Source of the DNA: Terriglobia bacterium
GTDB lineage: Bacteria; Acidobacteriota; Terriglobia; JAJPHL01; JAPKYU01
Direction of reading: 5' to 3'
DNA: 64,000 bases
NCBI GenBank assembly: GCA_965206645.1
Contig: CBDBKE010000002.1
Span: 704,001-768,000 of the forward strand
Within the stretch, counting starts at the first letter, position 1, and each line of letters begins with the position of its first letter. The position numbers were made by a program, and so were the translations under genes. The notes beneath the pieces are model-generated. The model saw only the letters and a list, made by a program, of their open reading frames with translations. It had not been told where the DNA came from and did not search any database. Shown here piece after piece: positions 21,086 to 31,034 of this stretch.

Positions 21086-21364
21086 ATGCCGACAAGGAGT
21101 TACAAGCCGGAGCAGATTGTAGCGGTGCTACGGCAGATAGAAGTGCAGATGGGGAACGGGAAGACTGCGCCCCAAGCCTGCAAAGAAGCTGGAATCCACA
21201 CCCAAACCTACTACCGGTGGCGGAAGGAATACGGCGGGCTGAAGGTGGTGCAGGCAAAACGGCTAAAGGAGTTGGAGAAGGAAAACACGCGGCTGAAGCG
21301 GTTGGTAGCGGAGCTTTCTCTGGAGAAGCAGGTACTGCGGGATGTGGCACAGGGAAACTTCTGA
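21086..21364 (+). CDS. IS3 transposase orfA
   Basis: HTH protein identical to the product of 4089..4367. Confidence 0.9.
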   Translation: MPTRSYKPEQIVAVLRQIEVQMGNGKTAPQACKEAGIHTQTYYRWRKEYGGLKVVQAKRLKELEKENTRLKRLVAELSLEKQVLRDVAQGNF

Positions 21365-22230
21365 GCCCTGAGCGGCGGCGTTGTGCGGTGGAGCGTGCGT
21401 GGGAGCAACATGGGTTGTCGGAACGGCATGCCTGCCGGCTGCTGGGGCAATGGCGAGGGACACAACGATACGAGCCGATTCATCGGGTGGACGAGGATGC
21501 TCTGACCCGAGCGATCATTGCCCTGGGAGCGAAGTACGGGCGATATGGCTACCGGAGGATCACAGCGTTGCTGCGGAGTGCGGGCTGGGAAGTGGGCAAG
21601 GACCGGGTGCAGCGGATTTGGCGGCGGGAAGGGCTGAAAGTGCCGCAAAAACAAAGGCCGCGAGGACGGCTGTGGCTGAACGACGGTTCCTGTGTACGAC
21701 TGAGGCCGGAGCGACCGAACCACGTGTGGAGCTACGACTTCATGAGTGCCAGAACGCACGAGGGGAGAACGCTGCGGCTGCTGACCTTGCTGGATGAGTA
21801 CACGCGGGAATGCCTGGCGATCCGGGTGGAGCGGAGGATGGGCAGCCAACAAATCATTGAGGCGTTGTCGGACGTGATGTTGTGGCGAGGGATACCGGAA
21901 CAGATTCGATCCGACAATGGTCCCGAGTTCATCGCCAAACAACTGCGCCAGTGGTTGGCAAATCTAGGGACCGGGACACTGTACATCGAACCGGGCAGTC
22001 CCTGGGAGAACGGGTACTGCGAGAGTTTCAATGGGAAGCTGCGGGACGAATGCCTGAATGGAGAGATCTTCTACTCGTTGAAGGAGGCACAGGTGGTGAT
22101 TGAACAGTGGAGGGTGCAATACAACACGGTGCGGCCGCACTCGGCGCTCGCCTATAGGCCCCCGGCGCCGGGGGCCTATAGCCCTCCCCTGCCACTGAAA
22201 CCAGTTTCACAGCCCCAGGCTGCGATGTAA
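21361..22230 (+). CDS. IS3 transposase orfB (DDE), probably expressed by -1 frameshift
   Basis: WSYDF, SDNGPEF and ENGYCESFNG motifs; GGGAAAC slippery site at the end of orfA. Confidence 0.9.
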   Translation: MSPERRRCAVERAWEQHGLSERHACRLLGQWRGTQRYEPIHRVDEDALTRAIIALGAKYGRYGYRRITALLRSAGWEVGKDRVQRIWRREGLKVPQKQRPRGRLWLNDGSCVRLRPERPNHVWSYDFMSARTHEGRTLRLLTLLDEYTRECLAIRVERRMGSQQIIEALSDVMLWRGIPEQIRSDNGPEFIAKQLRQWLANLGTGTLYIEPGSPWENGYCESFNGKLRDECLNGEIFYSLKEAQVVIEQWRVQYNTVRPHSALAYRPPAPGAYSPPLPLKPVSQPQAAM

Positions 22231-22472
22231 ACTCTCACTACGGTTGGTACAAAAAATCGGTCTGGTCAGCTGAGGTGGCAGTTTAAAATGGGACAATTCC
22301 TGCGGTCATAACGATTTGGCGTCTAGGAAAACTTCCCGTAGTAAAACAGAGCTTTGTCGAGCTTGCGTTGCGACGAAAGCTAGCGCGCTCAGCTTCGAGA
22401 CTCTCAGTGGGGAACACCCCATTCGCGTCGTCGAAGACGAGGGCTCAATCCCCCCGACGACGATCCCGACGG

Positions 22473-22975
22473 CTAGAGCTGGATGCGGCTTCCTACAGCG
22501 CTCTGGACAAACGCGTCGGGGAACCGAGCGGCAAGGCGTTGCATAGCCTTCCAGCCCGTGCAGTGGGCCGGGACTAGCAAGGACGGGGAGAGGGTGGCGA
22601 GCCCGTCGACCGTCGAATCGATGATCGGCTCGAACATCGGGCCGCTCAGGTGGAAGCCGCCGATGATCGCGCACACGCGCCGCTCGCCTGTCAGCTTGAG
22701 TGCGTAGCGGACGGTGTTCACGATCCCGGCGTGCCCGCAACCGCTGATCACGACGAGGCCTCGATCGCGGAGCCTCAGGACGAGTGTTTGGTCGTCGGGA
22801 TCAACGGATCGGCCTGCCACGCGCTGTCGCGATGCGCCTCATGGCCGGGGAAGCCGATCTCGAACTCGGTCGTCCGATCGACCTCGCCAGTAATGAGCAC
22901 CGAGCCATCGAGGAGAAAGGACGGGTGACGCTCCTCGACGATCTCAAAGCCGATGCCCTCCAACGCTGAGCGGCT
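22473..22975 (-). pseudogene. MBL-fold metallohydrolase remnant (C-terminal half, frameshifted)
   Basis: ITGEVDR in one frame; DDQ..SGCGHAG..GGFHL..HCTG in another; N-terminus absent. Confidence 0.75.
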
Positions 22976-23147
22976 CGGCGACGGGGAAACACCCAAGAGG
23001 CCAAGCAGAAGGAAGCCCGCGTTCTGGCAATGGCCAAGAAAGCCGGCCCATGAGCCGGAGCCGCACAAATCCCGCACAATTTGCACAATCTCTGTGCAGC
23101 CCGTCGAAGTCCGCTCTTTGCCTGTCTCTTGGAATCACTAGGTTAAG

Positions 23148-23223
23148 TGGTGAGGCGGCTGGGACTCGAACCCAGGACCCTCGGCTTAAAAGGCCGATGC
23201 TCTACCAACTGAGCTACCGCCCC
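23148..23223 (-). tRNA. tRNA-Lys (anticodon UUU)
   Basis: 76 nt GGGGCGGTAGCTCAGTTGGTAGAGC...CTTTTAA...GTTCGAGTCCC...CCA; folds as a cloverleaf. Confidence 0.97.
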
Positions 23224-23403
23224 TGCACCTAGTTCTGCGGACATTCTACCCTACCTACAAAGCAGCGTGTTCCAAAAGCCACCCACTCGACCTCGGTGTT
23301 CGAAGGGTCGTTTGGACGCAAGCTGAAAAAAGGCGCTTCCTGTTTGGAGCATCCAGACCATGACCAGGCCATGACGAAGATAAATCCCTTTGCCGCTTTC
23401 AGA

Positions 23404-24720
23404 TCATTCGGCGGGGCCACCTCGGGCGGGCAGCTCGATCTCCACTGCCAGCCCGGGGTTCGCATTGCGCGCCTGCAGCCGGCCTTTGTGGAACTCGACC
23501 GCCCGCCGGGCGATGGCAAGGCCCAGGCCGACGCCGCCGCTGGCGCGGCTGCGGTCGGCCTGCACGCGGTAGAAGGGGTCGAAGATGGAAGAAAGCTCCT
23601 CTTCCGGGACCCCCGACCCATAATCGCGAACCCGGATGGTGAGCCAGGGGCCGACAATCGCGCTGGTGATCTCCACTTGCGAATCCGCCGGAGCGAACCG
23701 GATCCCGTTGCGCACCACATTTCCCACCGCACGCCGAAGCAATTCCGGATCGCCCTCCACGGTGACCGGCGCCGGCGCTTCCAAGGCGAGCGAGCACCGC
23801 CGCGCCTGGGCTTCGATGGAGCAGTCCTCGACCTGCTCGCGCAGTAGCTCATCCACACGGACCGGTTGCAGGCGTAATGCCGCCGGATCGTCTTCGGCGC
23901 GTGTCACCTGCAGCAGCTGGCCCACCAGCGTATTCATGCGCTCCGACTCCTTCTGGATCTGGTTCAACGCAGCCTCACGTTGCTCTTGGGAGCGCGCCAG
24001 CTCCGCGGCGACACTCAAGCGGGCCAGCGGCGAGCGCAGCTCGTGGGAGATGTCGAGCAGGAGGCGCCGCTCGGCTGTCAGCAATGTCTGGAGACGCTCG
24101 GCCATCCGGTCGAAGTTGCGTGCCAGCTCTCCGAGCTCGTCGGCCCGGTCCGATCCCACCCTCGCGTTCAAATCGCCGCGGCCAAACCGCTCGACTGCCT
24201 TCTGCAAGCGTCGCAGCGGCGAGGTAACGTGGCGAGCCAGCCCGTAGCAGAGCAGGACGGCGAGCCCAAGGACTCCCAGGTACTGCGGTTGGAACAACCA
24301 AAAGGCCCAGCGCCGCCTGGGAACCTCGACAAAGTACCAGTAGCGCCCCTGGTCATCTTCGTGACCCAGGATGAAGTGCCGGCCGCGCAGGATGGGAAAG
24401 AACGAATGCCGGGAAAGTCTGGCAACCAAAGCGGAGTGGTCCTCGCCCGTAACCAGGTTGCGCCCGTTCCGGTCAGCGAAGCTACCACGCGTACCGGTGG
24501 CTTCCTGCATACGCCGCAACGTCTCCGCCAGAGCTTCCGGGCCACCCGACTCGTAGGCGTGCCGCGCCTCGCGCATCTGGAGAGGGATCAACATCGCAAA
24601 GGGCATCCGCCGGGCGCGTGGATGGGAGAACGTCAGCGCGGCGGCCACCCCAAAGGCGATCAGGATGACTGCGTTCGTAACGAGGAACCACACCAGAATT
24701 CTGGCGAACAGCGATTTCAT
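23404..24720 (-). CDS. CpxA-like HAMP-domain sensor histidine kinase
   Basis: Two TM segments, HAMP, DISHELRSPL H-box and GLGLAI G2 box. Confidence 0.9.
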   Translation of the reverse strand: MKSLFARILVWFLVTNAVILIAFGVAAALTFSHPRARRMPFAMLIPLQMREARHAYESGGPEALAETLRRMQEATGTRGSFADRNGRNLVTGEDHSALVARLSRHSFFPILRGRHFILGHEDDQGRYWYFVEVPRRRWAFWLFQPQYLGVLGLAVLLCYGLARHVTSPLRRLQKAVERFGRGDLNARVGSDRADELGELARNFDRMAERLQTLLTAERRLLLDISHELRSPLARLSVAAELARSQEQREAALNQIQKESERMNTLVGQLLQVTRAEDDPAALRLQPVRVDELLREQVEDCSIEAQARRCSLALEAPAPVTVEGDPELLRRAVGNVVRNGIRFAPADSQVEITSAIVGPWLTIRVRDYGSGVPEEELSSIFDPFYRVQADRSRASGGVGLGLAIARRAVEFHKGRLQARNANPGLAVEIELPARGGPAE

Positions 24721-25412
24721 TCGGCAGTCTCGTCGTCCCGAGAGGTCTTCAGGAACTGATAGCCGACGCTCCGGACCGTCTTGATCCGCTGCCGGCCAGT
24801 TTTCAGCTTCTTGTGCAGATGGCTGATGTGCATGTCGACGGAGCGGTCAAACGACGTGGCCTTGCGGTCGTAAATTTCCTCCATCAGAGCGTCGCGCGAC
24901 AGCACGCGACCGGCTGCGCGCATCAGCAAGCGCAACAGGTCGAATTCCAAGGTGGTGAGTTCGACCTGCCTGCCGTCGCAGGTGACTTCGCGCGTAGCTG
25001 GATCCAGCACCACGCCGTTCATTTCCAGAGGGGGTTCGGCCACGGCGGGTCGGGCCTCGACCCGCCGCAGGATGGCCCGGATTCGTGCCGAGAGTTCCCG
25101 AGGATTGAACGGCTTGGGGAGGTAGTCGTCGGCGCCGAGTTCGAGCCCCACGATGCGGTCCACATCCTCGTCGCGCGCCGTCAACATCAGCACGGGTATC
25201 TGGCTTCGCTGTCGCAGGCGGCGCAGCACCTCGAAGCCGTCCAGTCCCGGCAGCATGACGTCCAGCACGACCAGGCTGTGCTCACCTCGAGACGCCTTTT
25301 CCAGACCCTCTGCACCGTTGTGTTGGAAGTCGACCGTGAAGCCTTCTCTGCGAAAAAATTCCCCGAGCAGGCTGTAGAGTTCGACGTCGTCATCAACCAC
25401 CAGGATTCACAC
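24717..25412 (-). CDS. CpxR/OmpR-family response regulator; codon 2 is TGA (possible pseudogene or restart at 25400)
   Basis: LDVMLP, GADDYLPKPF and winged HTH; 5' end reads GTG TGA ATC CTG GTG GTT GAT GAC. Confidence 0.85.
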
Positions 25413-25452
25413 GGGGCGAATGTAGCACGGCCAGGAACGGGGACTCGCAATC

Positions 25453-25467
25453 TTTACAAATGTTTAC
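25453..25467. promoter_or_regulatory. CpxR-type binding box
   Basis: TTTAC-N5-TTTAC (= GTAAA-N5-GTAAA) between the divergent regulator and Spy-like genes; extra TTTAC at 25485. Confidence 0.7.
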
Positions 25468-25525
25468 ACGCCAAACAAACGGACTTTACGGTGCCGTCGT
25501 AGCTTATCGTCAGGAGGTGAAACCA

Positions 25526-25975
25526 ATGTCTACTCGAAAGAAACTTTTCATCGGCAGTGTGGCCACGCTGGTAGTGGTGGCTGCCACTTTACTGGCCAGC
25601 GGCCCGCGGTTCCGCCACCGGGCAGGGATGCACACGCTCATCGCCGGATACCTGGACCTGACCGAGTCGCAAAAGGCCGAGGCGGAGACGATGTTCAAAT
25701 CCGCTCACGAGTCGGCCGAGCCCTTCGTGACTCAGTTAAAACAGGGGCACGAAGTACTGGTGGATGCGATCAAGGCCGGAAAGTCAGAACAGGAGCTTGG
25801 TCAACTGACCGACCAGCAAGGAGCCCTGGTAGGGAAGGTCGGCCAGATCTACGCGACGGCGTTTGCGAGGTTCTATACCACGCTCACTCCGGAGCAAAAG
25901 GACAAAGCGGAAGAGCTGCACCAGCAGTTCCGTGAATTCCGCGGCCACCGGTTCGGCCGGCGCTGGCACTTCTGA
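25526..25975 (+). CDS. Spy/CpxP-family periplasmic chaperone
   Basis: RBS AGGAGGT, signal peptide and two LTxxQ motifs (LTESQ, LTPEQ). Confidence 0.85.
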   Translation: MSTRKKLFIGSVATLVVVAATLLASGPRFRHRAGMHTLIAGYLDLTESQKAEAETMFKSAHESAEPFVTQLKQGHEVLVDAIKAGKSEQELGQLTDQQGALVGKVGQIYATAFARFYTTLTPEQKDKAEELHQQFREFRGHRFGRRWHF

Positions 25976-25980
25976 GGGCG

Positions 25981-26004
25981 AGGGCGGACCTCCGGGTCCG
26001 CCCT
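25981..26004. terminator. GC-rich hairpin between convergent genes
   Basis: AGGGCGGACC-TCCG-GGTCCGCCCT. Confidence 0.55.
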
Positions 26005-26068
26005 TGAGCCGCCTTGAGGCTGGCCGCCGCAACCGCTTGACAGGAGTTGAACCATGGAAATGGGTTGC

Positions 26069-27087
26069 TCAAGCGCAGGCGTCCATGTTCCCGAAATTCT
26101 TGGAGTCCTTGGTCCAGCCCACCATGCCGTCCCGTGTCTTGACCTTCACCCACCACGTCCCCCAACTTTCCTCTGTGACGGGGTAGATGTGCTCACCCCA
26201 ACAGCCTAGGTCCGGAAACGGGCAATAGTCATGGGTTTCGAGGACGCCCAGTTCCATCACCTTGCCCTGAAACCACACGTGCCCGATCCCTTCGCCTAGA
26301 TAGTCGAGGAGGAAAACGATCGACCCTACCGGGATGTTCGAGTCGGGAGGCGAACGCCGGACTCCGACCGCAATGGGCCGGATGTGGACTTGCCCCGTTA
26401 CCCCTTCGACCTTCTCTCCCTTTCCGACATGTGCAACGACCTTCTCGCCCCTCGGCTTGTCATAGAGGGTGGTGTCGGCGTAAACGTCCCAGGTCCGAAA
26501 CGTACAGCACTCAAACGGGCAGGCGTCCTTGGAAACGTAGTCGCGGGGCGGTTTTTCCCCTTGGGGCAGCGCCTCGAGCTTCTTTCGGTATTCCTGCTTC
26601 CGTTCGTCCAGCAGCGCCCGCGCCTGAGAGAGTTTCCTGGCCAGCGCGGAGCGCTGGAATTCCTGCGACTGCGCGAGCGGATGCAGCGCGTTGCCTTTGG
26701 TGCGAAGCCGCCGATCCACCTCGTTGTTTTTTTCTCGTACAGGTAGTCCAGGACCGTGATCGCATCGTCGTTGTTACCTGACTCCACGTACAGTTCAGCC
26801 AAGGAGAACCACAGGAAGTGGTTGTGGCACTGGTAACGAATGAGCTCCCTGCGCATGGTGACGGCCGTAGGGTAATCACTGTGCTTCTCCGCCGCGCGCA
26901 GCCTGCGGTAGATCGCCCGATGTACGGCCCGTGCCTCCCTGCTCCACTGGGAGATGCCCGTGTAGCGGCAGGGCGCCCCCAGCACCTTTTCTTCCGCACT
27001 TCCCTTTGGCAGGCTGGCGACCTGCGGTACTGATGTCGTGAGCAGGGCGAACAGCAATCCAGGTCCCGTTGCGCGAAAGCCGATCAT
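26069..27087 (-). pseudogene. Exported TPR-like plus Cys-rich (CPFECC) SH3-like protein, frameshifted at an A7 tract (26727-26733)
   Basis: Two overlapping ORFs join if one A is added: YEKKNNEVDRR. Confidence 0.65.
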
Positions 27088-27090
27088 TAC

Positions 27091-27138
27091 GATGTGCTCC
27101 TCAGGCGATGCACTCCTCAGGCGTAGCGCTCCTCAGGC
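27091..27138. repeat. 3 x 16-bp tandem repeat, each unit carrying GAGGAG on the minus strand
   Basis: gatgtgCTCCTCAGGC gatgcaCTCCTCAGGC gtagcgCTCCTCAGGC, immediately upstream of the start at 27087. Confidence 0.85.
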
Positions 27139-27297
27139 TCTGCCGTCCGAGCAAGCTTCTCCTTTCGTTCGCCCGTCGTCGACATTGTAGCGCTGCGGAG
27201 TCGCAAAGTCCCTGGGGACCTCTGTTTCTACAAGCGGCATATACACCCGTCCGACAGACCACAAGGCAGCCGGTTGTCCCCATGGTATCCTGAAGCG

Positions 27298-28011
27298 ATG
27301 AGGCGTTTTACGCTCTGCCGGTTTGTCTTCTGTTTATTGCTTTGCTTGGCCGTGTCCTCCCCTTCCTGGGCCGGCCAACCAGCGGACACCGCTTCCACAG
27401 CCAGCCCTTCCACACCCAGGTTGGACGCTCTGGTTCGCGTGCTGGAGAAGCATTACAACCGCATGCGAACCTTGAAGGCAAACTTTGTCCAGATTTACAA
27501 GACCGACGAACGGGCCCCCTCTCGTGAGGAGGCCGGGATTCTCTATCTGAAAAAGCCCGGCAAGATGCGCTGGGAATATACGCGCCCGGAGGTGAAGCTG
27601 TTTCTCTTGGATGGAAAGAGAATTTTCTTCTACGTCCCGGAGGACGGCCAGGTCATCCGGATCCCGGTCAAGCGGAGCGCCGACCTGCGCACACCGCTCC
27701 GGTTTCTGCTGGGACGCATGAACCTGAAGCGTACATTTCGCGTGGAGCTGGCGCGCGATGCGGCCCCACTGGATCCGGGCAACTCCCTGCTGCGGCTGCG
27801 GCCGAAAAAAAACAGGGAGCGCTTTCGAGAATTGCTGCTGGAGGTAGACGGCCGCCATCGCCTTCGCCGCATCAAAATCCTGGAAACCGACGGCACGATC
27901 ACCGAGTTTCGGCTTTTCGGCGAAATTCCCAACCCACCCCTGGATAGCGCCCTGTTCCGGTTTCGTCTTCCCCCCGGAGTGGAGCTGATCGAAGAATCTC
28001 GGGCACCGTAG
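27298..28011 (+). CDS. lolA: Outer-membrane lipoprotein carrier protein
   Basis: Signal peptide, ANFVQ, KKPGKMRWEY and F.F..P.GV. Confidence 0.88.
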   Translation: MRRFTLCRFVFCLLLCLAVSSPSWAGQPADTASTASPSTPRLDALVRVLEKHYNRMRTLKANFVQIYKTDERAPSREEAGILYLKKPGKMRWEYTRPEVKLFLLDGKRIFFYVPEDGQVIRIPVKRSADLRTPLRFLLGRMNLKRTFRVELARDAAPLDPGNSLLRLRPKKNRERFRELLLEVDGRHRLRRIKILETDGTITEFRLFGEIPNPPLDSALFRFRLPPGVELIEESRAP

Positions 28012-28123
28012 CGGTCTGCTGACCTCTTAGCCTTCGGTCTCCGTTGGCAACCGTCGTGCACGCGCGGGAACGGAAACCGCAGCTTATTGATGGATTACCA
28101 CCCAGTTCGTATGGTTCTTCCAT

Positions 28124-30691
28124 ATGAAAACCAGAAATAGCTCCCACATTCGCCTGGTGACAGTTTGGCTGTTTGTGACGTTGCTGCTGTCCTTCTGGAT
28201 GGCTCACCCGAGCCCACCGTCGCAGCAGCCCCGTCCGGTCTATCCCATGGCCAAGACCGGCGGCAATTACATGCACAACTACTACCCGCCGCCTGCCGGC
28301 AGCAGCACTCCGTGGTGGCCCTCCTGGTCTCCCGACGGCCAGTGGCTGGCCTTCGCCATGCACGGCTCGGTCTGGAAGATGCGCGTCGGCGAATGGGACG
28401 CCTACGAATGGGTCTACGCCCCCGAACACCTTTCCTCGCCGGAATGGTCCCCCGACGGCCGGTGGCTAGCCTACACCAGCGACAACGGGGAAAGCATCCA
28501 ACTGATGCTTCTGAATCTGGAAACCAACCAGGCAACGGCGCTTACCAGCGGCCACCACCTGAACCTGGACCCGGCCTGGTCGCCGGACAGCAAGCACTTG
28601 GCCTACGTCTCAACGGCGCCGAACGGATACTTCAACATCTATGTGATGGAGGTCAACGACGGGCAAAAGGGCAATGTGGTTGCCGTTACCCGGGATCACC
28701 GGTTCGGCCGGGACCGCCTCTATTTCGGCGACTACGATTTGCACATCTCGCCCACCTGGTCGCCCGATGGCCAGGAATTGATCTTTGTCTCCAACCGCGA
28801 GATTCCTCTCGGCTCGGGCGCACTGTGGCGCGCTCCGGTGGAAGCGGACGTGATGAACGCGGGCAAGGCCAAACGAATCCACAAGGAAGAGACGCTGTAT
28901 CGAACGCGCCCCCACTGGTCGCCGGACGGCAAGCGCATCATCTACAGCTCGCACCTCGGCCACCAGTACACGAACCTGTTCGTGCTTCCGGTCGGAGGCG
29001 GCGAGCCCTACAAGATGACCTTCGGCGAATACGACAGCTTCCACCCGCGCTGGTCACCGGACGGCGAATGGGTCGCCTACATCTCGAACGAGGAGGGTCT
29101 TCCGCAACTGAAGCTTCTGAAGAGCTGGGGAGGCCAGCAGCAACTGGTTCCCATCCGGTCCAAACGCTGGAGCCGGCCGATGGGCACGGTGACCGTGCGG
29201 GTGATCGACGGCGACACCGGGCAGGAAACCCCGGCCCGCATCTACCAGAAAGCCAGCGACGGCAAGCCCTACACCCCGAGTGATGCGTATGAGCGTCTCT
29301 CCCGGCTCAACCAGCACCTGTTCCACAGCACGGGACGCTACAGCGCCGAGGTCCCCGAGGGGCCACTCACCATCGAGGCGGTGAAAGGTTTTGAATATTG
29401 GCCGGCGAAGGTGACGCTTCAGGTCCGCGCGGGTCAGGTGCGATCGGTGAGGCTTACCCTGCGAAGGATGACTAACCTGAAGGCGAAAGGCTGGTACTCG
29501 GGCAGCAATCACGTGCACATGAATTACGGCGGCAACTTCCACAACACGCCGCGGAACCTGTTCCTGATGAATGCAGCCGAGGATGCCGACGTCATCTGCC
29601 ACCAAATCGCCAACAAGGACAACCGCATTCCGGATTATCAGTACTTCGTTCCCGGGCGCCTCTTGCACCCGCTCTCTACCCGGGAACGGATCATGCACAC
29701 CGGCCAGGAATACCGCCCTCCGTTCTACGGCCACATTTCACTGTTCAACTTGAAGGAGCACTTGATTTCACCTTTTACTACCGGCTACGAAGGCACGGCG
29801 ATCGAGAGCCTGTATCCATCGAACACCGACATCCTCCGCTATGCCCGGCAGCAGGGGGTCATCGGCGCCTATGTTCATCCCTTCGGCGGCGAGCGCAGCC
29901 CGTTGGAGACGAACCTGGGCGTCGCTAAGGCATTTCCGGTGGACGTGGCCCTGGGGACGGTCAGCTACCACGAACTATGGTCTTCGGCCAGCGAAGCTGC
30001 GCTGGTCCCGTGGCATCACGCCCTGAACAACGGGTTTCGGGTTCCGGTCACTGGCGGCGAAGACTCCATCTCGAACCTGCACCGCACCGCCTTGGTGGGC
30101 GCCGTGCGCGGCTATTTCTTCCTGGGACCGGGAAAACTAAGCTGGGAAAACTTCATGGCCGCATTGTTGAAAGGTCGCGGATTTGTGACCAATGGGCCCT
30201 TGCTGGAGTTTTGGGCTGACCGGGCGATGCCGGGAGATGAGATCCGCCTGCCGAACAATGGAGGCAGCATCCGCCTCCGCGGCGTGCTGCACTCCATTGT
30301 TCCGCTCGACCGGCTGGAGGTGGTTCACAACGGCAAGGTCATCGAACGAATCCCTCTCGCCGGCGACCGCCATCGCACGGCCTTCCAGAAGCAGATCCAG
30401 GTGAAGCGCAGCGGCTGGTACACGCTGCAAGCTATGGCTGAGCGCCCCACTCACCCCGTCGAGGACAGCCGTCCCATGGCTACCACCAACCCGATCTACG
30501 TTTACGTCGGGGATCAGCCAATCCGCAGCAAGGAGTCGGCCGACTACTTCGTCCGCTGGATTGACCAGCTGGTTCGGATGGCGAGCGAGCATCCCGGCTG
30601 GCGGTCCGAAAAAGAAAAGCAACATGTGCTGGCGCAGTTTCGGCAGGCCCGCGAGGTTTACCTAGAGCGAGGCCGGGAGGCGGCCGATTGA
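28124..30691 (+). CDS. TolB-like beta-propeller fused to a CehA/McbA-like (PHP) metallohydrolase, exported
   Basis: Repeated WSPDG; WYSGSNHVH, GQEYR, HP and GGEDS motifs. Confidence 0.8.
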   Translation: MKTRNSSHIRLVTVWLFVTLLLSFWMAHPSPPSQQPRPVYPMAKTGGNYMHNYYPPPAGSSTPWWPSWSPDGQWLAFAMHGSVWKMRVGEWDAYEWVYAPEHLSSPEWSPDGRWLAYTSDNGESIQLMLLNLETNQATALTSGHHLNLDPAWSPDSKHLAYVSTAPNGYFNIYVMEVNDGQKGNVVAVTRDHRFGRDRLYFGDYDLHISPTWSPDGQELIFVSNREIPLGSGALWRAPVEADVMNAGKAKRIHKEETLYRTRPHWSPDGKRIIYSSHLGHQYTNLFVLPVGGGEPYKMTFGEYDSFHPRWSPDGEWVAYISNEEGLPQLKLLKSWGGQQQLVPIRSKRWSRPMGTVTVRVIDGDTGQETPARIYQKASDGKPYTPSDAYERLSRLNQHLFHSTGRYSAEVPEGPLTIEAVKGFEYWPAKVTLQVRAGQVRSVRLTLRRMTNLKAKGWYSGSNHVHMNYGGNFHNTPRNLFLMNAAEDADVICHQIANKDNRIPDYQYFVPGRLLHPLSTRERIMHTGQEYRPPFYGHISLFNLKEHLISPFTTGYEGTAIESLYPSNTDILRYARQQGVIGAYVHPFGGERSPLETNLGVAKAFPVDVALGTVSYHELWSSASEAALVPWHHALNNGFRVPVTGGEDSISNLHRTALVGAVRGYFFLGPGKLSWENFMAALLKGRGFVTNGPLLEFWADRAMPGDEIRLPNNGGSIRLRGVLHSIVPLDRLEVVHNGKVIERIPLAGDRHRTAFQKQIQVKRSGWYTLQAMAERPTHPVEDSRPMATTNPIYVYVGDQPIRSKESADYFVRWIDQLVRMASEHPGWRSEKEKQHVLAQFRQAREVYLERGREAAD

Positions 30692-30816
30692 CGACTCCGG
30701 GTCGGCGAAGTAGGTTCGGGAAGGAACGGGAGCAGCCCCGCAATGGATGAGGCACTTGCGCCTCGGTTGCTGACGATACGAATGGGCGCAATGACTTATC
30801 GGTAGGAGCAGATTCT

Positions 30817-30956
30817 ATGGCACATGAAGCTGTCACCATATTGGGGGGTGGCAATACTGCCTTCTCAGTAGCCGCGAACCTAACGTTGCGTGGATATAGA
30901 GTGATTCTCTACGAGATCCCCGGATCTGAGGCCTCCTTGGCACCGGTGAAGAACAC
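30817..30956 (+). pseudogene. N-terminal fragment of an NAD(P)-dependent opine dehydrogenase-like gene
   Basis: RBS GGAG followed by MAHEAVTILGGGNTAFSVAANLTLRG (Rossmann motif); recognisable sequence ends abruptly. Confidence 0.6.
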
Positions 30957-31034
30957 CAGCAGCAGCTGGGCAAGGAAGTGGGGTTTCTCCGGTTTCGGCC
31001 ACCTTGCCAGCAATGCCTTGCCCCACCTTGACCC

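Larger units (their letters stand above)
21019..22268 (+). mobile_element. IS3-family (IS407-like) insertion sequence, copy 2, apparently intact
   Basis: 1250 bp; IRs TGACCTGACCG... and ...CGGTCTGGTCA; overlapping orfA and orfB; no target-site duplication seen. Confidence 0.93.

Noticed and set aside
25407-25409. Selenocysteine at TGA codons in the response regulator or WD40 gene
   Set aside because: The positions correspond to Arg and Trp rather than Cys, and no SECIS is evident
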